The notes beneath the pieces were generated by a model, which did not search any database, was not told the DNA's origin, and saw only the letters and a list, made by a program, of their open reading frames with translations. A program made the translations under genes and the position numbers. DNA of 64,000 nt, from contig NW_019028980.1 in NCBI RefSeq assembly GCF_002105155.1, positions 1,674,001 through 1,738,000 on the forward strand. Direction: 5' to 3'. Of this stretch, positions 24,694 through 36,494 are shown one piece after another (the stretch's first letter is position 1; each line of letters opens with the position of its first letter). This DNA comes from Lobosporangium transversale. Taxonomy: Eukaryota.

Positions 24694-27132
24694 GATCCAT
24701 GGCTGTTAGTGGTGTATTGCTTGTGGTAGTAGTATTGTATGGATGATGGTTAGGAGCAAAGACAGTAGGGATTGAAGGGGTCAATGAGCAAGGGCAGAAT
24801 GAAAAGCTTTAAAGAAGGAAGAGTGTTAAGAAAGATGAAGATAAAGAGTTTAAGGGAAAGAGGGCTTCGACGAAGCCATTAAACAAATCGAAAATCAAGG
24901 GACAGTTTGTCCCACCCATAGTAGATTCCTGCCAACTTGATGTCATTGCCATCTCAGTCGCAGACTACAGTTTTGTTCCAGGTCTGTCAACACTCCTTGC
25001 TGTGCTATCTCTTAGTGTTCTCAAAGAGGAGTTCCTGATCGTCGGTTCCATGGTATTTAACGATGGATTATGTACTAAACATACAGTGCTGGCTTCTACA
25101 ACAAGGGCGGAGCTTGTTCACTTAAAATGCTGCCTTTACCTCCAGCACAAAGGCCTGTGGATGAGGAAAAAAAAAAAAGAAGTCCGAAGGGTGAACAAGG
25201 AGGTGGCAGCTGTAGTTGGTGTGCTTGCGAATACGAATAAGTCTGTTGGGATGGATCTTCGAGGCGGCTTAAACAGGAGTCGCCAGTTTATTTGAACCAG
25301 TCTTTACTTCAGCTCTAGTCATTCATAACAAAGAGAAGTGTATAGCAGAAGCAGGCGCCTTGCATTCGACTTGATACTGAGCATTTGCTAAACTGTTGAT
25401 ATTGACCATTGACATGGAGGATAGATCGATGCTTCTTCTATAGGGATGGATGCATGGTTGACACTTTTATTGGACTCATCCGTGGCAATCTGCAACTACA
25501 AAGTTCTACTTCTTACTATTCCGTTATCTCGCTGTAACTTTGATTTACGCAGTTTCAAGTTTGGGGATCGTAATGTGGGACCTAAATGAACACAATGCCT
25601 TGGTCGCGACAAAATGCTTGGAAGAGCCTTCAAACCCCACAATTGTGAATGTATTGCTCTTGGCTGTTAAGGTATCGTAGACATCGAGATCACTGAATGT
25701 GACAGTAGCAGGCACAACATTGTCACCAATGGCCAAGTGTAGGTTTGGGATTTTTACAACTCCCACCAAGTCTCCAATATCGTTGAGCATGTTGAACACA
25801 AGGTCCCCCAACTTCATGCTAAGCTCCGAAGGGTTATGGATATTAATCATGGTTTCCGCTGTGGTGACGTCCGAGTCAGCATCCTTGGTGAGACTCACTA
25901 GCTCCACATACTCCATCTCTGGGAAGTTATTCAAACCTCGTATAGTGACGGGGCCTGAGAGGCCGACGTTAGTAACGGTTAGAGTCTTGGAGGAATCAGC
26001 ACCACTTGAAGCACTGTTCTCTGAAAGGCTAGGAAGCTTGAACCAAACATCAGTGTTCCCACCAACGGCAAATGTATGTGAGGGTTTGGTTATCAGATTC
26101 GCGATAAAGTTGATGAATCCATCCTCATGTCCTGGTATAACGTTTAAAGAAGTCTTCGCAACCGGGACCATGAGAGTGCTACCTTGGACCTCGGCAGAGA
26201 CGCTTGGAAACTCTAACCTACCGACTGCGACACCATTGTCCTTTTGTTGGAAAGAGAGAAAAGAGGAAGAATTGTCAAAGCTTTGATTCATTGTTCAGTC
26301 GCGGAGATGTCGAAATATGCAAGATATTTTACTTACAATGATATTTTGCTAAGGAACCAAAGAGGAGAAAGAGTAAGAGAATATTAGCCGCTATTACTTT
26401 TCTTTTGATGACCTCGCAGTGGTCCTTGTAGGGAAACAGGTCATCTACTTACATGAGCAGCAATCTTGCTTATAGGCCAACTGATTCCAGGGAACGAGGC
26501 CAATTTCACCTTCAGATTTGGTAAGGCCACAGGCATAGACAATGGCTCAGAGCTTGTGAAATCGATATCGAACTCGCCAAGGCTAAACTCTCGGACAAAG
26601 CCGAAATCAGTCTATATGATGTTAAAGAAAAGAGAATTATAAATAACTCTATCAATATTGTATATACTCTACCTCAAAAAGGATTAATAACAAAAGGGAA
26701 GCAAAAGAAAAAATAACTTACCGCGGCAGCTGCAGCGCATTCTGGGGTCCAAGCATCTTCACCCTTCATGAAGGCACTACAGTATGAATATATAACCATG
26801 ATAAGTTTGCAAAGTAGTTTTTCCTTCAAGGTGATGGTATTTATCTATAAATCACAACTATAAATACAGCAGACATTTACCTCGCGAAACAACCGATAAC
26901 TTTGGTTCCATCGATAACTCTCTTGGACATCGATGGCATTGCCAGAGCGGTGGCAGTGAATGCAATAGCGCTTGTAGCTAGGACTTGAGTAGAGACTTTC
27001 ATGGTTGAAGGAACTGTGCTTTTTGTTGTATTTGTTATCTTGATTGAAGGGTGGAATGTGGAGGGATATTTATATCAAAATCACAAAAGCTAAGAGTAAC
27101 CAGATTCTAGTTTGTAAAGAAGGGGTTAAAAA
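24643..27132. repeat. Segmental duplication, near-identical to 3839-6330
   Basis: Direct sequence comparison and identical ORF translations. Confidence 0.95.
25545..27002 (-). CDS. Secreted DUF3712/LEA2-like protein, copy 3 (apparently identical to copy 1)
   Basis: Sequence matches 4743-6200 at offset +20802; microexon at 26348-26337. Confidence 0.75.
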
Positions 27133-27807
27133 ATGAATAGAGTACAGTCGAATTCTGGTTTTCTGAACGATACACAGTGGACAATTTTAAAGTTTTACTG
27201 CAAGCTCTTGAACAATGGACTTCATTGCTTCATATTGGGATGTTAAGGCACCGCCATTGGTTAAAATGGTTCTCTATCCCACTAATATACCATTGTTGGA
27301 CAGAACCAGCTCCGCCTCACTATTGCTGTAGCACCAGGGCGGCATTCATATCATAGTTCCAAATGGAGGGAGACAACCACAGTATATTCTGTACTCAGTA
27401 GATTATCCTTGAGTCCATAGTCAACCAGCTTGCATTCGATTTGTTCAGACTTATGGGACCATTCTAGAGCCTTTTGTGCGTCTCAAACTACTTTATTTTA
27501 ATGCTTTTTTACATAGTCAAAAGAATGGACACCTAGCAATAATGTGGATATATTGTCTATCTAGACATATATGTAAAAAATAAAAATAAATAAAAAAAAA
27601 AAAAACTAGTTCAAAAGTGAAGAAAGGATCTATAGTCTCATTGCGCGCTCGAAATCACAAATGAAAGATATCGGATATCGAATATCAAGGACCTCTCTGT
27701 CATTATAAAAAATGATGTGACATATTTAGGAATATTTCAGATTGAGTACATCTTAAAGCTCCAAGCACTTGCAGCCGGTCATTTACTCCCTGTGCATTAA
27801 CATCACC

Positions 27808-29077
27808 TTAGTATACGGCCATTGGATATAACCTCGCTTCATCATGATCTTAAGGAATTCCCTTCCTCTCTTGGGTCATTGAGTCCATGAGGCGCTGAGC
27901 ATCAGCTATTCCTTGGTCGGCCGCCTTTTGGAACCAATCCATAGCTTTCGAATAATCCTATGTAACCCCTTGGCCTTGAGCGTACATGTGGCCTAGATTG
28001 CTCTGAGCAACGGCATTTCCTTGCTCAGTTGCCTTGAAGCACCAGTCCATGGCTTTCGAATAGTCTTGTGAAATCCCTTTACCCTCAAGATACATATAGC
28101 CTAGATTACTCTGAGCATCATCATCTCCTTGCTTGGCTGCCTTGAGATACCATCCAAAGGCTTTCGAATAATCCTGTGAGACGCCCAAGCCTTGGTAATA
28201 AATGTAGCTCAGCTTCCTTTGAGCAGCGACATTTCCTCCGAAGAGCGTTCTGAGGCATCTCTTGATGGCATCCGGTTGATTCTTTGAACTCTCTTTGGAC
28301 ACATTGCTTGCATTGATCTGATCCATGGCATTCCCCGGTAGGGTCTGTATACCAGGCGACTCTACTTTTGAATCCGCAATCCCTTCAACAATTGCTTTTG
28401 CCAAAGTTACTGAATCTTAGCTTGGAGGATCCTCTAAGTGAGGCCCAATTACTGTTGAAGAAGTTGCGCCATTATGTCTTCCGAAAAAACCCTCTATATC
28501 TGTCTTGAGACCTTGGTGGTTGTCACTGTTACCTTTTCTGACAAGACTAGAGACAGTTGCTTGAGATGCCTCTGTGGGTGCTGGTTCATCCATTCTTCCT
28601 CCTTGAATTATTGTTGAGTCTGGATGTGATTCTCCCGGATTGCTTGTCTGAGAGGAAACGACTATATCCAGTACAATATCAGACTCTGCACGGATTCGGA
28701 GTGGCTTTATACTATTTTGGAGTATTGAAATGGCTGTGTTCACATCAAATATCATCCAAAGTCAAAACAGTTGATATCACAATATGAGAAGTGGCAACAG
28801 TAGCCGTTCACCACTATCATTATCAACATCGTTATTTTTATCATTTTTATCCTTACTATTCAAAATTGTCGTCCATGAGAAAGGATAGAGTCACTTTTCC
28901 TTTCTTTATATGAGCTGCATCTTTGTAAGCAGATGCAATGTCATTCCAGAGAATAGTGTATTGTTGTGTTTGGCGGTCAAACCGAGTCTCAATATATTGG
29001 ATATCTGATACTGGATTCGGTGACCCATCCAAGTTGATGAGACGAAATGCTTAAAGTTTTTCATCAATTGATGCCAT
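27808..29077 (-). pseudogene. SEL1-repeat pseudogene
   Basis: Exon 1 reads MASIDEKL*AFR (TAA at codon 9). Further in-frame stops at about 28417 (PPS*) and 27958. Only about 3 SEL1 repeats remain. The 3' end is approximate. Confidence 0.85.
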
Positions 29078-29934
29078 GGCCATTAATGATGTATTACTTG
29101 TAATAGAGACACTCTATGTATGATGTTTAGGAGCATAAGGAAGATGGGGTTGAGAGGGACAATGGGTAAGAGCAGAGTGAAAGAGGCTAAAGAAGGAAGA
29201 AGCTTAAGAGAGATGAATATAGAGAGTTTAAGGGAAACAGGGTTTCGGCGAAGCCATTTACTGAAATTAAAAAAAAAAAATTCGATGAAAATGAATTAAA
29301 CAAATCGAAAATCAACATCTTTGAACCCAGTTCGAATGCTTTGGCCCATCATTAAAGTAGATTCCTGTCAACTTGATGTCATTGCCATATCGGTCGCTGA
29401 CTTCGCATTTCTCCTCGGTCTGTCAACACCTTTATGTATCTCCAAAGAGGGGCTCCCGACCCTCGACCATATGCTATTCATTGACAGTAATATATATCAA
29501 ATAAAAAGCATTGGTTTCTACAATTAGGGAAGAGCCAGGTTTACCGAAAAAAAAAAAAAAAAAAAAAAAAAAACTCACCAGTCGTTTTTTTCAGATAAAT
29601 ACTCTGTAGTCTGCATTTTTTATTTTTTTTTATTTTGTCAAGCAAAAACGAATACAATAGCTGATAGGAATGCAAATGTATTGATCGCACCACACATATA
29701 ATCAAAAAAAAATCCATGAGATGATGTTGCCTTCTATATCTAATAATCTCTTATAGTTGCTATGGCCGTTGCTTGTGCGTCAATGGCAAAATGGAGAGTA
29801 AACATTGTAAAAAAATAAAATCCTTTCTATTATTGTGAAGACCTTAGCAAGACCTATTCAGGAACGCTTTTTTAGGCTAAGTAACTTATACTCATAAGCA
29901 CTTGAGCCAACCCATCACTTTCTGATCCCCAATG

Positions 29935-31669
29935 CTATCTTGGTCTCCAGTTTTTTTGATACCATTGCTTTGCTTCAACATCGCGTTTAGGGGCCCCCTT
30001 TCCACCTTGAGACATTGATTTAATGAGGTGCTGAGCATCAGCATATCCCTGGTCGGCTACCTTGAGATACCACTTGATAGCCTTCGAATAATTCTGTGAC
30101 ACTCCTTTGCCATGCTCATACATGTGACCTAAATTGTATTGAGCGGTCGCATTCCCTAGCTTGGCTGCTTTGTAATACCAGCCAACGGCAATCGAATAAT
30201 CCTGTGGAGCTCCTTTGCCATGAGAGTACATAAACCCTAGGTTACTCTGAGCGGTAGCATGTCCTTGGTTGGCTGCCTTAAGGAACCAGTCCATAGCGTT
30301 CGAATAGTCATGTGGAACCCCTTTGCCATAGGAGTACATGTGCCCTAAATTACTCTGAGCGATGGCATTTCCTTGGTTGGCTGCTTTGAGATACCAGTCA
30401 ACAGCAATTGAGTAGTTTTGTGGAGCTCCTTTGCCATGGGAGTGCATGTGGCCTAAATTACTCTGGGCGATGGCATTTCCTTGGTTGGCTGCCTTGAGGA
30501 ACCAGTCCATAGCTTTCGAATAATTTTGTGCAACTCCTTGACCATGTTCGTACATGTAGCCTAAATGGATCTGAGCGGTGGCGTCCCCTTGCTTGGCCAC
30601 CTTGAGGAACCAGTCCATGGCTTTCGAATAGTCCTGTGAAACTCCTTTGCCGTGATAATACATGTGGCCTAAACTACTCTGAGCATCACCATCTCCTTGC
30701 TCGGCTGCCTTGAGATACCATCCAAAGGCTTTCGAATAGTCCTGTGAGACTCCTTTTCCATGATAGTAAATGTGGCCTAGCTTCCTTTGAGCAATGACAT
30801 TTCCTCGACGGATTCTGTTAAGACACCTGTCAATGGCATCCAGATGATTATTTGAATCTCCTTCGGGCATGTAATCTAGATCTAGATGGGCCTGGGCAGT
30901 AGCACCGTCTGGCAGAGTCTCCCCACCAAGCGATATCGCTTTCAAATCCGCACTCTCTCCAACAACCAATCCTATCGAAATTGCAGAATCGTAACTTGGA
31001 AGGTCCTCTGAGTGAAAATCACTTACTGTTGAAGAAGCTGCGCCATCATCTCTCTCGAAAATATCCTCCATATCTATCTTGAGGCCTTGACAGTCACCAG
31101 TGTTCCCTATTTTGGGAAGACTAGAGATAGCCGGTTGATATGACTCTGATGCTACCAATCCTTCTATTTCCCCTCCTTGAGATATTGTTGAGCCTGGATA
31201 TGCCTCTCTTGAACTGTCTGACTGAGGAGAAATGACTATGTCCAATGCAATATCGGGCTCTGCGCGGATCCGAAGTGGTATTATACTGTATTGGAGTATT
31301 GAAATGGTTGTGTACACACATCAGGTTTTGTTTAACATCAAAATAATTGATGTCACAATATGAGAAACAAGTAAAATGGTCAACTATCATTTTCTGTATC
31401 ACCAACTGTTACCACTTTTATTCTCGTTTTCGAAATCATAATTCTTACCATTCAGAATTATCGTCCAGAAGGAAGGATAAAATCATTTTTCCTTTCTTTA
31501 TATAAACTGCATCCTTGTAAGCAGAGACAATGTCACTCCAGAGGATGGTGTACTGTTGGGTTTGACGGTCAAGCCGGGCCTCAATATATTGTAAATTTGA
31601 TACTGGCGTTGGTGACCCATTCAAGTTGATAAGACGAAATGCTTGAATTCTTTTCTCAGTAGATGTCAT
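29935..31669 (-). CDS. Intact SEL1-repeat protein with N-terminal QAFR...ILWSDI...PLRI domain (2 exons, ~523 aa)
   Basis: Exons 31669-31449 and 31285-29935 join in frame (...DNSE-C-IIPLRIRAEP). The linker contains LPSYDSAIS, followed by about 7 36-aa SEL1 repeats (AQxxLGxMYxxGKGVxQDYSKAxxWYLKAAxQG). Confidence 0.88.
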
Positions 31670-31983
31670 GGTCGTTAATGATGTAGTGCTTGTGAGCGTA
31701 GTATTGTATGGATGATGGTTAGAAGGCTAAGGAAGAAGTAATCGATAAGGACAATGGACAGGAGCAAGGTGGGAAAGAGATTAAAGGGGGAGGTTTAGAG
31801 AATAAGGAGTTTCGGCGAAGCCATGGTTTGAAAATAGCACCGAGGCTGGGAAGACATTGACTGCTCTCAGCTTGTACCACCACTGATGCATCTGCATAGG
31901 AGAGGCACACAGCCTTTGACCATTTACATTTTCATTAGGCATAAAGCGTCGCTTTCAACAATAAAGAGAGAATTGGGTTTACC

Positions 31984-32014
<31 letters not shown>

Positions 32015-32329
32015 TTACCTTTTGGGGAACAAAAAAGTGCCTCATCAAGCCGCCAACAATTTCTTTTCCCTCATATATTTTACCTGCTCCATTTTTTTAT
32101 TTTTGGCGAGTAAACTGGTTTACATCACGTCGACGATGTCACACACATAACCAAAAGTACTTCAGGGAAAAAAAAAAAAAAAAAAAATTAAAAGAACCCA
32201 GGGAGTTCTTTATCTAATGGTTTTATAACCTCAAGGGTGGTGTTGTTTGAGCGTCTTAAACACCTGTAATCCGGTCCAATATTTTCTTGGCCCATCTTGT
32301 TGGTCCTGCGACTTTTTACGCCAATGAGG

Positions 32330-32550
32330 GGGTTGAGTCTTGAGATACCAATTAGATCAAAGGGCTTTTGAATCGTCCTGTGAAACTCGATTGGCCTGAG
32401 CGCTTGCCACTCGTTGGCTGACGGGCTGTCTTGAGACACCAGTCGTAAAATCCGGTGAAACCCTTTTGTCATACATGATAGTGTTACATACGCGTGGCCT
32501 GGAATATTTCGGGCTCGGACACTTCTTAATTCGGCCTCCTTGAGACAAAA
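32330..32550 (-). pseudogene. Highly decayed SEL1-repeat fragment
   Basis: Minus strand contains GACTGGTGTCTCAAGACAGCC, GAGTTTCACAGGACGATTCAAAAGCC and TTGGTATCTCAAG, which match the local SEL1 repeat DNA consensus. No SEL1 reading frame remains. Confidence 0.55.
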
Positions 32551-32588
32551 CTTTCTATACACGTGCTTTGGTACGTGTAACACACCTC

Positions 32589-32619
<31 letters not shown>

Positions 32620-32999
32620 CCTGGGGCACTATTTTTGTTGAACGTTATAAACGATTGCCTTGGCTTTATCTGAACGTGTCTCAAAGAAAAGAATAGAGAG
32701 AGAACCAGAAACGGATATTGAAAAGCTTGTTAAAAAGTAAATTAATAGCAAGACAAATAAACTTCAACCTTTTTTTTTTTTTTATTATGGAACATGAAAA
32801 TGGAGTATTGGAATATTTATATATTACAAAAAAAAAAAAAAAAAAAAAAAAATGGATGCAATGAAAATGAATGAGCTGGAAGGAAGTGAAGGAAAAATTA
32901 TATGTACAATAGAATGATAAGAAGAACTTGAACTCAGCTGCAAAAAGAAAAAAAAAAAAATAAGAGCAAGCTTAAACCTTTTTTTTTTTTTTCTTCTTT

Positions 33000-33922
33000 T
33001 TAGAATGCACTGCTGTTGTAAACCAAAGATGAGGCCCAATGAACGATATCTCTGACATTGTTCACTATATCGACAGCCTTCTGTCCAAAACCTCCTTTTC
33101 CGGCCTGATTTCCATCAATTTCTGGTGGGCCTGAATCACACAATCTTGAGTCAGCAGTGGGAGAATAAGAAGGTGAAGGTGTTGATGGACTTGTTGTTGT
33201 AGTAGTTGAATGTGCATCATTGAAAGCGTTACTGTTGCTGTTACTGTTGCTGATGGACTGTGGGTTCAAAAGGATGGGATCGATTTCGATATCCATCCCA
33301 TGCATATTCTCGGCTTTCAATCTGGTTGGATGGATCCTTAATATACTCCTTTGAGGATGTTTCGATGAAATCTTCATGAGGATGCCAGTATCATCTTCTT
33401 CTTCATCATTAGTACTAGTGTCATTTGCCATCTCATCATCCGACAAAGCTTCGGTATCGACTGATACACATTGCTCTACTGAGTCATTGAAACGGAGTTT
33501 TGGTTGACGATGTTGCTTGATCACCAATGATTCCTGGGCTTTTGAATTGGGCTCAATTTTGCGATCCAACTTGAGGTCCGACTGAACATGGAATAAGGTG
33601 TCTGCTTTGAAGAGTTCTGAAGCAGTCTTGTGTTTGAGTGCTGGTTTGAGGCCACCAAGTTTTTTTGTAGGAGAAGATGACTTTGGTATTTTTGTTCCCC
33701 CTGGTATCGTTTGAGCACCAAATCGAGCAAGATCGAATTCATCAATGTTGGCTTTATAGAGTGGGCCATATAGCCAGGTGGTGTCGCAATCCTTGAGCCT
33801 ATTTAACGATTCACAGCACAAAAGGAGAGGAAAAAGGAGATCAGCAAACATGACAAATCGGAACTTGAATGGCTTATTTCTTTTGAGGGAAGGAGAAGGA
33901 GAAGGAAGGAAAGAGAAGGGAG

Positions 33923-33960
<38 letters not shown>

Positions 33961-34365
33961 TGCTTACCAATTCAGTGTTCTCGGGTTGACAGTTTTGAGA
34001 TTATGACGCTGTTTAGCCCAGTTACGCCAGGAGGCGTTTTCAAGTCGCAGGCCATTGATAAGATCGTTTTTTTGTTTAGTCATGAACTTCCAAGAAGCAG
34101 CGATATCATCTTCATTGTTCCAGCCACTGCCAAGGTAATCAATGGCGAATGCAGGCTGAACTGTTGGAATGACACGACCGGCGTCAGAGTCATCGTGCAT
34201 ATGTGTTGTCTTTGCGGATGTGCCCTCTCGATGGATTGGGAGTCGAGAGGAAGAGGCAGTTGATGGTGTTGAAGTGGAGGTGTTTTTGGAATACTTGTTT
34301 CCTCTGCGAGAGCGTTCGCTCGTAACAGAAGAGCTTCTGTGGCGTCGACTTGAAGACGAAGTCAT
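33000..34365 (-). CDS. Reg1-like protein phosphatase 1 regulatory protein with DUF1752 domain (2 exons)
   Basis: Exons 34365-33968 and 33798-33000. RLENASWRNW (DUF1752), LNWLKDCDTTWLYGPL and KLRFNDSVEQCVSVD (RVxF-like) are characteristic of fungal Reg1-like proteins. Confidence 0.8.
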
Positions 34366-34418
34366 TTTTGAAAAGAAAGAGAGGAGGATTTCAGAGTAAG
34401 AATAAAAATATGAAAAGG

Positions 34419-34514
34419 ACTGAACGACTGAAAGAATGAATGAGTGAGTGAGTGAATGAATGAATGACTGACTGAATGACTGAATGACTGAATGAATGAC
34501 TGAATGAATGAATG
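34419..34514. repeat. Compound (TGAA/TGAC/TGAG)n microsatellite
   Basis: Tetranucleotide repeats just upstream of the Reg1-like gene. Confidence 0.8.
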
Positions 34515-36177
34515 TGAGTCAGTAAATCGAAAGGAGAGAATGAAAGGTTAGGAATGAGAAAGACTGAAATATATATATGTAAAAAAAAAAAAGAGAGAGA
34601 GAAGAGAGCAAGAGCAAGAGCAAGAGAGGAGAGATAACGAACAAATGAACAAAAAAGGTGTAATCAGTAAACTAATTTTTTAATACTTTTTGTCCACACC
34701 AACCGAACATTTTGACATAAACGTCAAATCGGAATCCATCGTCTGCCGCCACTCCTTTTTTTTTCTTTTTATTTTTTTCTGCACCGATTGTCTGCTCTCT
34801 TCTGTCTGTTGTCTCTGATGGAAAAGAAAAAAAGACCGCAAACATGTGGCTTCGGATCTTGTAATCTCCCCTTTTTGACCTTTTATTTTATTTTTTTTCT
34901 TTTTGGACTGACCTGACCTGACTACATGAAGAGTACATTTGTGTATCCACACTGTGTCTCTGTCCATGCCTATGCTTTTTCATTGTTCACATTCCAACAA
35001 CTCCACTCATGTATTTACATGAATATCCATCACACACACACACACACTTTCAACTCATATCGCATATCGACTACGGCAACACATGCTGCGGCAACCCTCT
35101 CGTTTATTGCTGTGCCTCCTTTTTTTTTTCTTTTTTTTTTCTTCTTTTTTTTTTCCCCTCCCTTGTCTGCGCCACAAAACACAAAAAAGCATTTGCCACG
35201 TTTACTGCCTTGATCCAACTGTTTATTCAGGCGAATCATTAAATCAGCAAGAGCATTTTACTTTCATTGAATTGATACTTTTGTACTTTTGACAATGTGC
35301 GTATGCATATGAAGAACATGGTCTCATGTTTACAATCAATCTTCTTGAGAGTCTAGCCCACAAGAGGGGTGCGCAAACAAAAAATAGACATGGAAGGGGA
35401 TTAGTTAGTTAGTGAGAGAGGGGATATACATGATAGTGGGGAAGGAATAGTCCGAGCAACGACCTAGTCCCTTTTTTTCATGCAAAAGGGACCGAACCAA
35501 TGAGCTTTTTTTTATTATTATTCGAAAAAAAATATATCAATTGTGGCGGGAAAGAGTGGTTTTGAACACGACTATTTTGTCTTTCATGTGGTCCAAAAAG
35601 AGACAAATAAGATCAAGGACAATCAACCCATTTTGTTCCATAAAAATATACTATCATTATCATCATCATCATCATTGTTATTATTATTATTATTTAGAAG
35701 GAGAAGAAATAAGCTGAGAAAGGAAGCAATTTGCATGCTTATTTTTCCTATCAATTCACTCTCTCTTTGTCTTTGTCTTCAATGCCTCCTTTTTTTTTCT
35801 TTTTTTTTTTTTTTTTTTTTTGATGCAAGGTCAAGCGTTGACGAGCTTTTTTTTTTTTTTATTTTTTCCCTACTGAAATGAAGTGGTCCTGATGTTTGTT
35901 ATCTATTTGCTCTCATTGTTCGATTCCACGTGTCTCCTACCCTACCAAATACGGCCCATGGTTGCGGAGTAACAAGGAATAGGCATTTTTGGTGCTTTGG
36001 TGGAGAAATAAAATAAAACCGTTCCATCCGATTTCTTCCATTGCCACAAAAATAGAATCCAGAGTCTACAAGTCTATAGTCCATCGCCCATAGTTCATGA
36101 TCTATAGTCTGTGGCCTAGAAGTCTTTAGCGTCCTTACCCAAAATCAAAAATAACATGCCTTCGCGAGTCATCGTTT

Positions 36178-36214
<37 letters not shown>

Positions 36215-36494
36215 CCTTAACACTCCTGCATTAGTCATAGCCTACTTCTATGGATCCATTAACGTTATTGACATGTGTCGATCAAGCCTTGAAACTGTAA
36301 ACACATACATTATTAGCACTTCACCCAATGTTGCTTCCTTTCTGTTATTCAAAATTAGCACCTTGACTATGACAAATGCCTTTTTTATTTTCAGAATTAT
36401 GCATTTTTGCATTGTGCATTGTGCATAAAAAAGAAAAAGGGAAAAAGCATTCCAGGGAGATGTAAAAAACCCTTTTTTTAAATCTTTAATAAAT

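Noticed and set aside
30000..30800. Regular 108-bp repeats that could suggest a CRISPR-like or satellite array
   Set aside because: They are in-frame 36-aa SEL1 coding repeats with no unique spacers, in a eukaryotic context.
32188..32583. 131-aa ORF or possible structured RNA between poly-A runs
   Set aside because: Better explained as decayed SEL1-repeat DNA.
34680..36430. Many short ORFs rich in poly-Phe or poly-Lys
   Set aside because: Artefacts of poly-T and poly-A tracts in intergenic DNA.
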